A DNA stretch of 64,000 nt from Kangiellaceae bacterium (GTDB lineage Bacteria > Pseudomonadota > Gammaproteobacteria > Enterobacterales > Kangiellaceae), in contig JAPHTP010000043.1 in assembly GCA_026196875.1 (NCBI GenBank), forward strand, positions 12,660 through 76,659, given 5' to 3'. A program made the position numbers and the translations under genes. This document shows, one piece after another, positions 1 to 9,775 of this stretch. Numbering within the stretch: the stretch's first letter is position 1; each line of letters opens with the position of its first letter. A model generated the notes under the pieces. The model did no database searches. It was not told where the DNA came from and was given only the letters and a program-made list of their open reading frames with translations.

Positions 1-350
1 AGTGGGTAGAGCTAAGCCATGAGGGAAAAGTAAAAATCGACTTGGCTTTCGACCACGCAAACTTGATAGAAGAAGCTTTTTATCGATTACAAAGTAAAGC
101 GCAATATACAACTATTGCCCTCCACGTGTTGCCAGAGATGTTTACTTTATCTGAACTACAAAAAAGCTTCGAAATCATTTTAGGGGGCAAGCTCAATAAA
201 TCTGGGTTTAGGCGTAGGATTATTAAGGGAAATGTGGTTGAAGAAGTTGAAGGTGAAATGAAACAGACCGCTACTCGAAAAGCCCAGCTATATAAAAAAG
301 CAGACGATGAAGAATTACATTTTTATATGCGGGAGATTTACGCGCGGTAA
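1..350 (+). CDS. C-terminal fragment of a larger protein whose start lies before the window. Winged-helix-like tail resembles NrtR (Nudix-related regulator) C-terminal domains.
   Basis: Frame 3 is open from nt 3 (…WVELSHEGKVKIDLAFDH…), so the gene starts upstream of the window. Motif LPEMFTLSELQKSFEIILGGKLNKSGFRRRI is recalled as NrtR-type wHTH. Assignment made from memory of the family, not a search. Confidence 0.3.
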   Translation, partial: WVELSHEGKVKIDLAFDHANLIEEAFYRLQSKAQYTTIALHVLPEMFTLSELQKSFEIILGGKLNKSGFRRRIIKGNVVEEVEGEMKQTATRKAQLYKKADDEELHFYMREIYAR

Positions 351-397
351 ATTGAATATAAAGGGAATCAAAATTAGAAAATGGAAATAATAAAATT

Positions 398-1051
398 ATG
401 ACAGATTTTTACCAAATTAGGGCGAACTATGACAGTGATTCTATAGTAATGTATCAGGCTTATTCAGATGTAATTTCTGACCCTGCTATACAGGGCCAGA
501 AATTTCAACCACCATTTTCATTTACAAGAATGACTTGGATAAAACCTTCTTTCTTTTGGTTGATGCACAGAAGCAACTGGGGGCAAAAGACAAATCAAAA
601 TAGAATTTTGGCTGTATATATAAAGCGTTCATGTTGGGAAAAAGCTCTTTCCTTGGGAGTACTTACATCGCCGGAAAACCATATTCATGGTTCGGGGGCT
701 AATTGGGAGCAACAATTTAATCAAGCTAAAGTTCATGTGCAATGGGATACAGAACGTTCTCAAAAAGGTGCGGCTTTAACTTATTTTAGTATTCAGGTTG
801 GTTTGAGTCGTCATATTATCCAAGAATATGTGGATGACTGGATTGTAAAGATAGAAGACCTTACTTCTTTAGTTCGCAAGTTAAACAAACTAAGAAAAGC
901 GGGAGATAAAAATTTCTCCAAGTATGTGCCTCGTGAGAAATACTATCCGCTACCTGAAGGAATGGGAGAGCACTTAATGATTCAAAGTGGTTTCAATTCG
1001 AAAATCAAAAAACATAATAATAAGAATAGTAATAGGAAACTTAGCAATTGA
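398..1051 (+). CDS. DUF4291-family protein (paralog 1)
   Basis: 217 aa. Shares the block SFTRM(T/S)WIKP(S/N)F(F/L)WxM(H/Y)RS(N/G)WG and V..QWD…IQ.GL with the next ORF. No signal peptide. Confidence 0.5.
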   Translation: MTDFYQIRANYDSDSIVMYQAYSDVISDPAIQGQKFQPPFSFTRMTWIKPSFFWLMHRSNWGQKTNQNRILAVYIKRSCWEKALSLGVLTSPENHIHGSGANWEQQFNQAKVHVQWDTERSQKGAALTYFSIQVGLSRHIIQEYVDDWIVKIEDLTSLVRKLNKLRKAGDKNFSKYVPREKYYPLPEGMGEHLMIQSGFNSKIKKHNNKNSNRKLSN

Positions 1052-1093
1052 ATATAAATAGACATTTTAATATAGGAACAAAAAAGGTTTAAG

Positions 1094-1738
1094 ATGGATT
1101 TGGAAGTAAATAATTATCTAGAACAAAGAGAAACTTGGCCGCAAAGCGGCAAACATATTATGGCTCAGTATGATGAGTCTTCAGTAGTAGTCTATCAAGC
1201 GTACCGACCTGTCATCGGAGAATTTGCCGCAGAATATCAGTTTTTTGGTGGTCCTTTCAGCTATACAAGAATGAGTTGGATTAAACCGAACTTTCTATGG
1301 ATGATGTATCGATCGGGATGGGGAACTAAGCAAGGACAAGAAGTGATCTTAGCTATCACTCTGAAGAGAGAGTATTTTGAAAGAATTTTGAGCGCTGCAG
1401 TCGTTTCAAGCTTTTGCAGTTGTAACTATGAAACTAATGAACAATGGAAACGAGCTGTAGCCAGCTCAAATGTGAGACTTCAATGGGATCCTGATCATGA
1501 CCCGTTCGGGCATAAAGAGGAACGCCGTGCAATACAGCTTGGATTGCGCAACGATTTTCTTGCACCGTTTAAAGGTGAGGGAATAATAAAAATCGAGAAT
1601 GTGAGCGACTTTGTTTCACAGCAACAAGAATTTGTTTTGAATGATGAATTAGAGAAGCTAATGATGCCGAAGGAAAAGCCGTATATTCCGAGTTCATCTG
1701 AAACAAGAAAATATTTAGGGATTGTCAATGAAGACTAG
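1094..1738 (+). CDS. DUF4291-family protein (paralog 2)
   Basis: 214 aa tandem paralog of the preceding ORF with the same conserved blocks. Its 3' end overlaps the next gene. Confidence 0.5.
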   Translation: MDLEVNNYLEQRETWPQSGKHIMAQYDESSVVVYQAYRPVIGEFAAEYQFFGGPFSYTRMSWIKPNFLWMMYRSGWGTKQGQEVILAITLKREYFERILSAAVVSSFCSCNYETNEQWKRAVASSNVRLQWDPDHDPFGHKEERRAIQLGLRNDFLAPFKGEGIIKIENVSDFVSQQQEFVLNDELEKLMMPKEKPYIPSSSETRKYLGIVNED

Positions 1739-2639
1739 TTTAGGAGCAGATTTAAGAGACACCGCGCGTGGCGCTTTAATTGGTTTAGCTGTTGGAGATG
1801 CAGTTGGAACAACTTTGGAATTTAAGTCTCGAGGTACTTTTGAGCCAATTAAAGATATGGTCGGCGGCGGCCCGTTTAATTTAAGGCCAGGTGAATGGAC
1901 CGACGATACGTCGATGGCTTTATGTCTGGCTCATAGCTTGATCTATTGTAAAGGATTTGATGCTGGAGACTTAATGAATCGTTTTTGCAATTGGTATCGG
2001 CTCGGCTATATGAGTAGTAACGGTGAGTGCTTTGACATAGGAGGCACCGTTTCATCGGCTCTAAGAGAATACGAGGAAAGCGGGAATCCATTTAGCGGAC
2101 CAAGAGGAGAGTTTTCGGCTGGGAATGGCGCCATAATGCGACTGTCTCCTGTGCCTATATTTTACAGAAATAATTTTGATCTTGCGTTAGAAATTGCCGG
2201 TGAGTCATCTCGAACTACGCATGGAGCATTAGAGTGTATTGATTCATCTATGGCGTTTTGCGCTATGTTGATCAAATCTTTTAGTGGCAAAAACAAGGAA
2301 GAGATAATTACTCGCTCTGGTTATTCGGCCAACAGACCGAAAATTGCAAACATATTATCAGGCGAGTTTTTAGATAAAAGCTACGATGAGCTAACTGGCA
2401 GCGGCTACGTAGTCGAATCACTAGAGTCTGCGCTTTGGTGCTTTTATCATTCCGACTCTTTTGAAGAGGCTATTTTAAAATCTGCGAACATAGGGAATGA
2501 CGCCGATACTACGGCAGCTGTCTGTGGGCAAATAGCAGGAGCATATTACGGATTATCTGGTATTCCCGAACGCTGGAGAGCGAAGTTGGTAATGTTTGAT
2601 GAAATACAGGAATTAGCGGACCAATTACTGGAGCTTTAA
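1728..2639 (+). CDS. ADP-ribosylglycohydrolase (ARH/DraG family)
   Basis: N-terminal GALIGLAVGDAVGTTLEF…GEWTDDTSMALCL and C-terminal GNDADTTAAVCGQIAGAYYG are typical of the ARH fold. The six-frame track starts at TTG 1722; ATG at 1728 is preferred here. Overlaps the upstream gene by 11 nt, consistent with an operon. Confidence 0.8.
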   Translation: MKTSLGADLRDTARGALIGLAVGDAVGTTLEFKSRGTFEPIKDMVGGGPFNLRPGEWTDDTSMALCLAHSLIYCKGFDAGDLMNRFCNWYRLGYMSSNGECFDIGGTVSSALREYEESGNPFSGPRGEFSAGNGAIMRLSPVPIFYRNNFDLALEIAGESSRTTHGALECIDSSMAFCAMLIKSFSGKNKEEIITRSGYSANRPKIANILSGEFLDKSYDELTGSGYVVESLESALWCFYHSDSFEEAILKSANIGNDADTTAAVCGQIAGAYYGLSGIPERWRAKLVMFDEIQELADQLLEL

Positions 2640-2817
2640 AACTGAAAATGGACTCAGGCTCTTCTCTGTGACCCAGATTGAGCTCTTTACAAGCTTCAAC
2701 CAAAAAAAGGTGTAAATATTTTTCCTTTAATTACAATGAGTTAAAAAGCTCGCTGTTTGAAATTTAAACTAATTTTTAAAATCTAGTTGACGTAAGCTAA
2801 CAAATTCTTTAGCTTAA

Positions 2818-2831
2818 TGTAAGCGCTTACA
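2818..2831. promoter_or_regulatory. Perfect 14-bp palindrome TGTAAGCGCTTACA, a LacI-family-type operator
   Basis: Seen directly. Matches the generic LacI/CcpA operator pattern TGnAAnCGnTTnCA. Related copies at 2874, 8351, 19237 and 19296. Confidence 0.5.
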
Positions 2832-2834
2832 AGA

Positions 2835-2863
2835 AACCCAGAGTCTAATTTTGGGTTTTTTTA
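2835..2863 (+). terminator. Rho-independent terminator downstream of the ARH gene
   Basis: Stem AAACCCA…TGGGTTT followed by a TTTTTT run. Confidence 0.5.
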
Positions 2864-2873
2864 GGATTCTCTT

Positions 2874-2887
2874 TGAAAGCGCTTACA
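2874..2887. promoter_or_regulatory. Second operator copy TGAAAGCGCTTACA upstream of the TBDR gene
   Basis: 13/14 match to the 2818 palindrome, 56 bp downstream of it. Confidence 0.45.
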
Positions 2888-2952
2888 TTTTTGCAACGAA
2901 AGGCGTATAGTCTAATTCATAGGGCGGTAGGGAGTACGGAGGAAAATAATTA

Positions 2953-5949
2953 ATGAAGAATAATAAATTTAGAAAGACACCCATTGCTGCTAGTTTATCT
3001 CTTGTTCTGGGCACCATGGGAATCGGAGGAAGCCTCGCTGCTGAAGAAGTTGATAGCGAAGAAGCTAGTGAGGAAAAAACGATCGTAGTTACTGGGATCA
3101 GGGGGAGTTTAGTTAGCTCAATGAACACCAAGCGCGACGCGGTTGGCGTTGTCGATGCTATCAATTCGGAAGATATCGGTAAATTTCCTGATACCAATCT
3201 GGCGGAATCACTTCAACGTATCACGGGTGTTTCGATTAACCGCGAAAACGGCGAAGGAAGTCAGGTAACGGTTCGTGGTTTTGGCCCACAATTTAATATG
3301 ATTACCTTGAATGGCCGAACCATGCCAGGATCTTCGTTGCCCGAGGGAGGTTCGGCTTCAGATACGCGCGCCTATAGTTTTGAAAACCTATCTTCGGATG
3401 GCGTTCAATCGGTGGAGGTCTACAAGACTGGACGAGCCAGCATAGCTTCTGGTGGAATTGGTTCAACCATTAATATTATCACTGCCAAACCGTTTGATAA
3501 CCCCGGAACCGTTGCCAGTATCGGCGGCTCATTAGTCCATGATACTACGGTCATCGAAGGGTCGGATGCGACGCCAGAACTTTCCGGGATCTTTAGTTGG
3601 ACTAACGACAAACAAGACTTCGGTATTTCGCTTAACGCTAACTATTCTGAACGAGACAGCGGAATTGCTGCTGCCCGAGTTGATCAATGGCGGGCTGGTG
3701 AATGGGACGGCACAGTACCTAATATGGATCCAAATAATCCTACGGTATTTAATAATGAGCCTGGCATGGGGGATTTGTACGCTTTACCGTCCAATTTGAT
3801 TTATTACATGAGTGATCGGGAAAGAGAGAGAAGTAATGCGCAGTTAACTATGCAGTTCAAGCCGAAAGACAATATGACTGCGACGCTCGATTACACTTAT
3901 TCTCGGTTGAAGCAAAATGAAGAACGTTCAGAGCTTTCTATTTGGTACGCAGAATATAAGAGTGATTTAACTTTTGATGATGGCGTGTCAGCTACCCCAA
4001 TAAACTATCAAGAAGATCGTTATGATTTAGCACCTCGTGATATTGCTGTAGCACAAATTAATAGAAACTCGGATACCGAAAATAAATCTATAGGCTTCAA
4101 TTTTGACTGGGAAGTGAATGACGATTTACGATTGGCATTCGACTTTCATGATTCATCGGCTGAATCAGTTCCAACCCATGGTTACGGTAACTTCTTAAAA
4201 GTGGGTATGGGGGCAAATGTTGTTGCGGGACAAAGTGCTATCTACAACACAGGACTGCCTATTTTAATGATCGAATTTGATGACTGTGATCCAGCGATAG
4301 GCCTTAACTGTAATAACACTTTTGATCAAGATGACATAGGCACTTCTATCCAGCAAAGATTTTTCGCGGAGAACTTGAGCGAAATTACTCAGGCGCGATT
4401 CGACGGTACTTATGATTTTGATGATTTTAGTATCGATTTTGGAATTGAGTCTCGCTCCATGTCCAACCATAGTGTTCAGTCAAACATTAATGACACCATG
4501 GGTAACTGGGGAGTAGAAAATCCAGGAGAATTACCGGAAGGATTCTTAACGCCGGTTGACTTTGCCACGGTCTTTGATGATTACAGTACGGCTGGCGCAT
4601 GGACACAAGGTTTTAGAGGTGATGCAGCGATGATCGGCGCCTGGGCTGCCGATTTGTATAACTTTCCATTCAATCGTAATCCTGATGAGCAAACCAATCG
4701 CTTAATCGAAGAAGACGTATTGTCTTTTTATACGCAACTTAGATATCAGGGCGATTTCAATCAAAGGCCTTTCAACTTGGTTGTTGGCATAAGATATGAA
4801 GAAACCGAATCTAGTTCAACCGCTAACGTTGCCCTTCCTCTTCACGTGATTTGGGAAAGTAACGATGACTTTAGAGTTATTGCTGGTGATTCGAACAATA
4901 AGCAAAACTACACGCTTAACAGTGACTACGACAACTTCCTGCCGAGCCTGGATTTTGATATCGAAGTGGCTGATGATGTGGTTGCGCGGTTCTCTTACAG
5001 CAAGACCATGTCTCGACCTGGCTATGGTCAACTAAGTTCAGCTGCAACAGTAACCGGTGGTCCTGCAGGTTCAACCCTGGTGACTCCAGGGTTGGTCGGT
5101 AGTGCATCAGCTGGTAACCCGGCGTTGGCGCCAATGGAGTCGGAGAATTTTGACTTATCAGCAGAGTGGTATTTCGATGTTTCGAGTTACTTCTCCGTCG
5201 GTTACTACCAAAAAGAAGTCGATAACTTCATTGGCACGGGACCGATTGAAAGCAACTTGTATGGCTTGAGAGATCCTAGTGCTGGCCCAAGGGCTCAGCA
5301 GGCGCTTCAAGATCTCATCGCTCTAGGTGAAACAGTTAACAATACTAATCTTTTCTCAATGATGGCCGCTAATCAGTTGGGCGTTGATTTTTATTCAATG
5401 ACCGCCAATGAGTTCGAAGCTGCCGTGGACATCGTTCCGAATGCTGACGACCCATTGATGACGTTCCTTTACCAGGCGCCGGTGAATAATGAAACCATGC
5501 AAATTGACGGTTTCGAAGTTGCATTCCAGCATTTCTTTGGCGAAACGGGTTTTGGTACACAATTAAACTACACAACTGTTAATGGTGATGTTGGATTTAA
5601 CCTGGCAGGGACAGATACGCAATTTGCGCTGGCTGGACTGAGTGATACCGCTAATGCTGTCTTGATGTATGAAAAAGACGGTTGGAGCGCACGATTAAGC
5701 TACAACTGGCGTGATGGCTTCCTGAACAATAACGCGAAGTATGCGTCCGAGCCAGAGTTTGTTGAAGAGTACACTCAGATCGATTTGAATGTGGGTTATA
5801 AATTTAGCGAGAATTTTTCCATCTCGTTTGATGGCATCAATTTGACCGGAGAGAATTATCGTTCACACGGTCGAACCCAAGCTCAGATATGGTTACTGGA
5901 GCAATATGGCGCCAGATACGCCATCGGTGCGCGTTACACTTTTGACTAA
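2953..5949 (+). CDS. TonB-dependent outer-membrane receptor (glycan-type TBDR)
   Basis: 998 aa. Signal peptide, TonB-box-like EKTIVVTG, plug then barrel. GGAGG RBS 8 nt upstream. Confidence 0.9.
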   Translation: MKNNKFRKTPIAASLSLVLGTMGIGGSLAAEEVDSEEASEEKTIVVTGIRGSLVSSMNTKRDAVGVVDAINSEDIGKFPDTNLAESLQRITGVSINRENGEGSQVTVRGFGPQFNMITLNGRTMPGSSLPEGGSASDTRAYSFENLSSDGVQSVEVYKTGRASIASGGIGSTINIITAKPFDNPGTVASIGGSLVHDTTVIEGSDATPELSGIFSWTNDKQDFGISLNANYSERDSGIAAARVDQWRAGEWDGTVPNMDPNNPTVFNNEPGMGDLYALPSNLIYYMSDRERERSNAQLTMQFKPKDNMTATLDYTYSRLKQNEERSELSIWYAEYKSDLTFDDGVSATPINYQEDRYDLAPRDIAVAQINRNSDTENKSIGFNFDWEVNDDLRLAFDFHDSSAESVPTHGYGNFLKVGMGANVVAGQSAIYNTGLPILMIEFDDCDPAIGLNCNNTFDQDDIGTSIQQRFFAENLSEITQARFDGTYDFDDFSIDFGIESRSMSNHSVQSNINDTMGNWGVENPGELPEGFLTPVDFATVFDDYSTAGAWTQGFRGDAAMIGAWAADLYNFPFNRNPDEQTNRLIEEDVLSFYTQLRYQGDFNQRPFNLVVGIRYEETESSSTANVALPLHVIWESNDDFRVIAGDSNNKQNYTLNSDYDNFLPSLDFDIEVADDVVARFSYSKTMSRPGYGQLSSAATVTGGPAGSTLVTPGLVGSASAGNPALAPMESENFDLSAEWYFDVSSYFSVGYYQKEVDNFIGTGPIESNLYGLRDPSAGPRAQQALQDLIALGETVNNTNLFSMMAANQLGVDFYSMTANEFEAAVDIVPNADDPLMTFLYQAPVNNETMQIDGFEVAFQHFFGETGFGTQLNYTTVNGDVGFNLAGTDTQFALAGLSDTANAVLMYEKDGWSARLSYNWRDGFLNNNAKYASEPEFVEEYTQIDLNVGYKFSENFSISFDGINLTGENYRSHGRTQAQIWLLEQYGARYAIGARYTFD

Positions 5950-5975
5950 TTAACCAGGTTGTGTCGCAATAAGAG

Positions 5976-6017
5976 AAGGCTAACCTGGCGTTGAGTGGGT
6001 TAGCCTTTTCTTGTTTT
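5976..6017 (+). terminator. Rho-independent terminator after the TBDR gene
   Basis: AAGGCTAACC…GGTTAGCCTT stem followed by a T-rich tract. Confidence 0.5.
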
Positions 6018-6086
6018 ATGTGGTCGAAATTGTTGTAATGAAATAATTTAGCTCAATCATTGAAACAAAAATAAATAGTAGTAGTC

Positions 6087-6809
6087 ATGGCGGATTATCA
6101 AATACTAAATAATAAAGTTCATCAAACAGTGAAGGTGGACACACCGTTAGCCAGTCAAACAAATTCAAATGTTGATGCTATCGTAATTTTTCCGACTGAG
6201 TTTGGTGAGATTCAAAAAGAATACCCGATCGTATTTCGCAAAAACCCTCAAACTGGCGAGTTTGCTTGCTTTTGCTTGTTTGGATTGGAACAAGGAGAAA
6301 ACCTTTTCTTTAACAGCGATAATTGGAAAGCTCATTATTTGCCTGCAGCGATTGCCAGAGGTCCTTTTTTAGTCGGATACCAAAATCAAATTCGTGACAA
6401 CCAAACGGTAAAAGAACCTGTCATCAGTATAGATATGAATCACCCGAGCGTTAATGATCAGCAAGGAGAAGAGTTATTTGCTCAGGATGGATCGCCAAGC
6501 CAATATTTACAAATGATTCAGAAGCGATTACTCGCTATTCACCATGGAAAACAATTCGAACAAGATATGTTTCAGCAGATGTTAGCATTTGACTTAATCG
6601 AGCCATTTGCGATCGAAGTCCAATTAAATAACGGCCGTCAATTTAAATTAGAAGAAAATTATACAATCCATCAAGAAAAGTTATTTTCGCTGACTGGAGA
6701 ACAGTTAGAAGTTCTAAATAAAAAGGGATTTTTACAAGCTGCATATGCGGTTTTGGGTTCGATGAGCAATGTTGGTCGATTAGTCGAAATGAAGAATAAC
6801 CAGGGGTAA
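6087..6809 (+). CDS. SapC-family protein
   Basis: 240 aa cytoplasmic. Family recalled as a companion of TBDR and tryptophan-halogenase genes in CUT loci. No search run. Confidence 0.45.
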   Translation: MADYQILNNKVHQTVKVDTPLASQTNSNVDAIVIFPTEFGEIQKEYPIVFRKNPQTGEFACFCLFGLEQGENLFFNSDNWKAHYLPAAIARGPFLVGYQNQIRDNQTVKEPVISIDMNHPSVNDQQGEELFAQDGSPSQYLQMIQKRLLAIHHGKQFEQDMFQQMLAFDLIEPFAIEVQLNNGRQFKLEENYTIHQEKLFSLTGEQLEVLNKKGFLQAAYAVLGSMSNVGRLVEMKNNQG

Positions 6810-6813
6810 AAAG

Positions 6814-8304
6814 TTGCAAGATCTGAATCGTCAAAAAGTAGTCATCGTTGGTGGCGGTAGTGCCGGTTGGATGACGGGTGCAGCTTTGTCGAAGCTCCTA
6901 GGCAAAAATCTTGATATCGTGCTAATAGAGTCCGAAGAAATTGGTCGTATTGGTGTGGGCGAAGCGACTATTCCACCGCTCAAAGTTTTTAATCAATTGT
7001 TAGGTATCGATGAACAAGATTTTATGCGATCTTGCCAGGCTACTTTTAAACTGGGGATCGAATTTCAGAACTGGGGGGCTAAAGGAGACAATTATATCCA
7101 CTCATTTGGTGAGACAGGAAAAATATGCTGGGCCGGTGAGTTCCAGCATTTCTGGTTAGGCGGTTTAAAGAAAGGTTTTAATAGTGAGTTCGGTGAATAT
7201 TGTCCAGAACTTCAAGCTGCAAGAGCGGGAAAGTTTATAAAGAGTGAACAGTTGAGCTTGCAATACGCTTACCATTTAGACGCTGGGTTGTACGCTGCTT
7301 ACTTAAAAAAATTCTCGTTAAAAAATGGTCTTGATTGGATAGAAGGCAAGATAACCGATGCCTCACTTAACTCGGAAACTGGTTTTATTCAATCGGTAAT
7401 TTTGGAAGATGGAAGAACCGTTGAAGGTGATTTTTTTATCGATTGTTCGGGCTTTTCTGCACTTTTAATTAATAAAAAGCTTGATGTGGGTTACCAAGAA
7501 TATGGTCACTTCCTGCCATGCGATTCAGCTGTCGCTTTGCAAACGGAAAAGTGCGGCCAGCCGCGACCCTACACCCAATCAATCGCTCATGATTTCGGTT
7601 GGCAATGGCGTATTCCGCTGCAACATCGAGTCGGTAATGGATTAGTTTTCTGCAGCGATTATGTCAGCGATCATGACGCAGTACAGACATTAATCTCCAA
7701 CCTTGAGAGTAAAGCGATCGCTGAGCCGAGAGTTCTAAAATACAACACCGGCCGAAGAGAAATCGGTTGGCTTAAAAATTGTGTCGCCATAGGGTTATCG
7801 AGTGGATTTTTAGAACCCGTTGAATCAACCGCGTTACATCTAATTATGTCTTCAATACTTCGCTTGATGCGCCTTTTTCCACACCATGAATTCAGTCAGT
7901 CCAACGTAGATGAATATAATCGTCAGACTAAGGAAGAGATGGAAAAAATCCGAGATTTTATAATCTTGCATTACAAAGCCACGACTCGCGAAGACACACC
8001 CTTTTGGCAATACTGCAAAGCAATGGAAGTTCCTGAAACACTAGCCCACCGAATGCAATTATTTGAAGATACTGCGCGGGTTTGTATAACTGAAACCGAG
8101 CTCTTTAAAATCGATTCCTGGTGCCAGGTAATGATTGGTCAAAGAATTATGCCAAAAGCTTACCATCAGATTGTTGACATGATGCCTAAAGAAGAACTTG
8201 GACGATTTTTAAAGTTATTGAAAGATAAAATTCAACACAACCTCAGTATGATGCCAACTCATCAGAAGTTTATTGATCAATATTGCAAATCACCTCCAAT
8301 GTAA
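6814..8304 (+). CDS. FAD-dependent tryptophan-halogenase-family protein
   Basis: N-terminal VVIVGGGSAGWMTGAAL (GxGxxG) and FGWQWRIPL (WxWxIP) motifs. TTG start. Confidence 0.8.
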   Translation: MQDLNRQKVVIVGGGSAGWMTGAALSKLLGKNLDIVLIESEEIGRIGVGEATIPPLKVFNQLLGIDEQDFMRSCQATFKLGIEFQNWGAKGDNYIHSFGETGKICWAGEFQHFWLGGLKKGFNSEFGEYCPELQAARAGKFIKSEQLSLQYAYHLDAGLYAAYLKKFSLKNGLDWIEGKITDASLNSETGFIQSVILEDGRTVEGDFFIDCSGFSALLINKKLDVGYQEYGHFLPCDSAVALQTEKCGQPRPYTQSIAHDFGWQWRIPLQHRVGNGLVFCSDYVSDHDAVQTLISNLESKAIAEPRVLKYNTGRREIGWLKNCVAIGLSSGFLEPVESTALHLIMSSILRLMRLFPHHEFSQSNVDEYNRQTKEEMEKIRDFIILHYKATTREDTPFWQYCKAMEVPETLAHRMQLFEDTARVCITETELFKIDSWCQVMIGQRIMPKAYHQIVDMMPKEELGRFLKLLKDKIQHNLSMMPTHQKFIDQYCKSPPM

Positions 8305-8350
8305 TAAACAAAAACTAAAATTATTTCGTTGACCAAAATTCACAAATAAA

Positions 8351-8364
8351 TGTAAGCGCTTTCT
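8351..8364. promoter_or_regulatory. Operator copy TGTAAGCGCTTTCT upstream of the MFS gene
   Basis: Exact reverse complement of the 19296–19309 site. Lies 41 nt upstream of the 8405 start. Confidence 0.45.
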
Positions 8365-8404
8365 AAAAAATATTATGCTTACTAATTAGAGATAACATCA
8401 AATC

Positions 8405-9775
8405 ATGACGTCAGATTCAATTAATTCAGAAAACAAACCACTAAAGATCACTGAAAAAATTGGTTATGCCTGTGGTGATATGGCGTCAAATTTTTATTGG
8501 CGAGTATTTGATGTGTTCCTCTTTATTTTTTACACAGATGTCTTTGGGTTATCACCAGCTGCAGTTGGCACCATGATGCTGGTCACTCGGCTGATCGACG
8601 CGGTTAGTGATCCGATGATGGGAGCGCTAGCAGATAGAACTCAAACAAGACTGGGTAAGTTCAGGCCTTATTTACTATGGGGTATTATTCCTATTGTTGC
8701 AGCCGGCGTGCTTACATTCACAGTCCCAGATCTTGATGATCAGGGAAAGCTAATTTGGGCTTACGCGACCTATATTTTTATGATGCTGGCCTACACTTTT
8801 ATTAATGTACCTTACGGTGCACTCATGGGGGTAATTACTGGTGATTCACAACAAAGAACAACATTAACAAGTTTCCGGTTTATCGGTGCATTTAGCGGAG
8901 GAACTTTGGTGGCTTATTTTACTCCGGAACTGGTGGAGTACTTAGGACAAGGTGATGAGATAGTTGGCTGGCAACAGACAATGCTATTGTACGGTGTTGG
9001 CGCCGCGTTGTTATTTGTTATCACTTTTATATCGACTAAAGAACGAATTCATCCACCGCTCAATCAAAGCTCAAGCATTCGTCAGGATATACATGACTTG
9101 TCTAAAAACAAGCCGTGGCTCGTCCTGTTTAGCCTCGCTCTAATTATTATGTTGACCATCACGTTGCGCGGTAGCAGTGGCACATTTTATTTAAAGTATT
9201 ATGCAGAGAGAAGCGATCTGATAGGTGCATTTTCAATGGCTTATATGTTGTCGTTGGCGACGGGAGCCGCGATTACTCCTCTGCTGACCAAGTACATGTC
9301 TAAAAAGCGATTATTGTTTTTGTTAATGATGGTTGTCGGCGCTTTATCCGCTGCTTTCTACTTTGTACCGAAAGACCAAATATTTTTGATGTTTGCAATT
9401 CAGATACTTATCGGATTGTCGTTAGGTCCAAAATCTCCCTTGGTCTTTTCGATGTACGCTGATACAGCCGATTACTCAGAATGGAAAAATGGAAGGCGAG
9501 CTACCGCAATGGTTTTTTCTGCTGCTACTTTTTCTCAAAAGTTAGGTGGTGCTTTGGCTGGGGCTTTGATGGGATGGTTGTTGGCCTCGCTTGGCTATCA
9601 AGCGAATCAAATCCAAAGCAACGAATCTGAACTTGGTATTGTTCTTCTCATGACCGTTATTCCGGGAGTATTCGCATTTTTGGCCGCGTGGATCATTTCC
9701 GTTTATCCATTAGAAGATGACGCTTTAAATAGGTTACAAACAGAGCTTGCTAGCAGAAAATTACAACGGACGTGA
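8405..9775 (+). CDS. MFS glycoside-pentoside-hexuronide (GPH) cation symporter
   Basis: 456 aa, 12 TM. MelB/GPH signature region DAVSDPMMGALADRTQTRLGKFRPYLLWG. Confidence 0.8.
   Translation: MTSDSINSENKPLKITEKIGYACGDMASNFYWRVFDVFLFIFYTDVFGLSPAAVGTMMLVTRLIDAVSDPMMGALADRTQTRLGKFRPYLLWGIIPIVAAGVLTFTVPDLDDQGKLIWAYATYIFMMLAYTFINVPYGALMGVITGDSQQRTTLTSFRFIGAFSGGTLVAYFTPELVEYLGQGDEIVGWQQTMLLYGVGAALLFVITFISTKERIHPPLNQSSSIRQDIHDLSKNKPWLVLFSLALIIMLTITLRGSSGTFYLKYYAERSDLIGAFSMAYMLSLATGAAITPLLTKYMSKKRLLFLLMMVVGALSAAFYFVPKDQIFLMFAIQILIGLSLGPKSPLVFSMYADTADYSEWKNGRRATAMVFSAATFSQKLGGALAGALMGWLLASLGYQANQIQSNESELGIVLLMTVIPGVFAFLAAWIISVYPLEDDALNRLQTELASRKLQRT

Noticed and set aside
1495-1728. 77-aa antisense ORF inside DUF4291 paralog 2. 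Similar short antisense ORFs occur throughout, for example 1876–2091, 3420–3611, 4264–4470, 11316–11734, 16120–17271, 31810–32658 and 61644–62063.
   Set aside because: Each lies wholly within a longer ORF on the other strand or frame that has clear family motifs. Their compositions are low-complexity (S/T/A/L-rich from antisense of E/K codons). No RBS or conservation argument.
2891-2911. TTGCAA…TATAGT as the TBDR promoter
   Set aside because: Only 9 nt between hexamers. The promoter call is left open.
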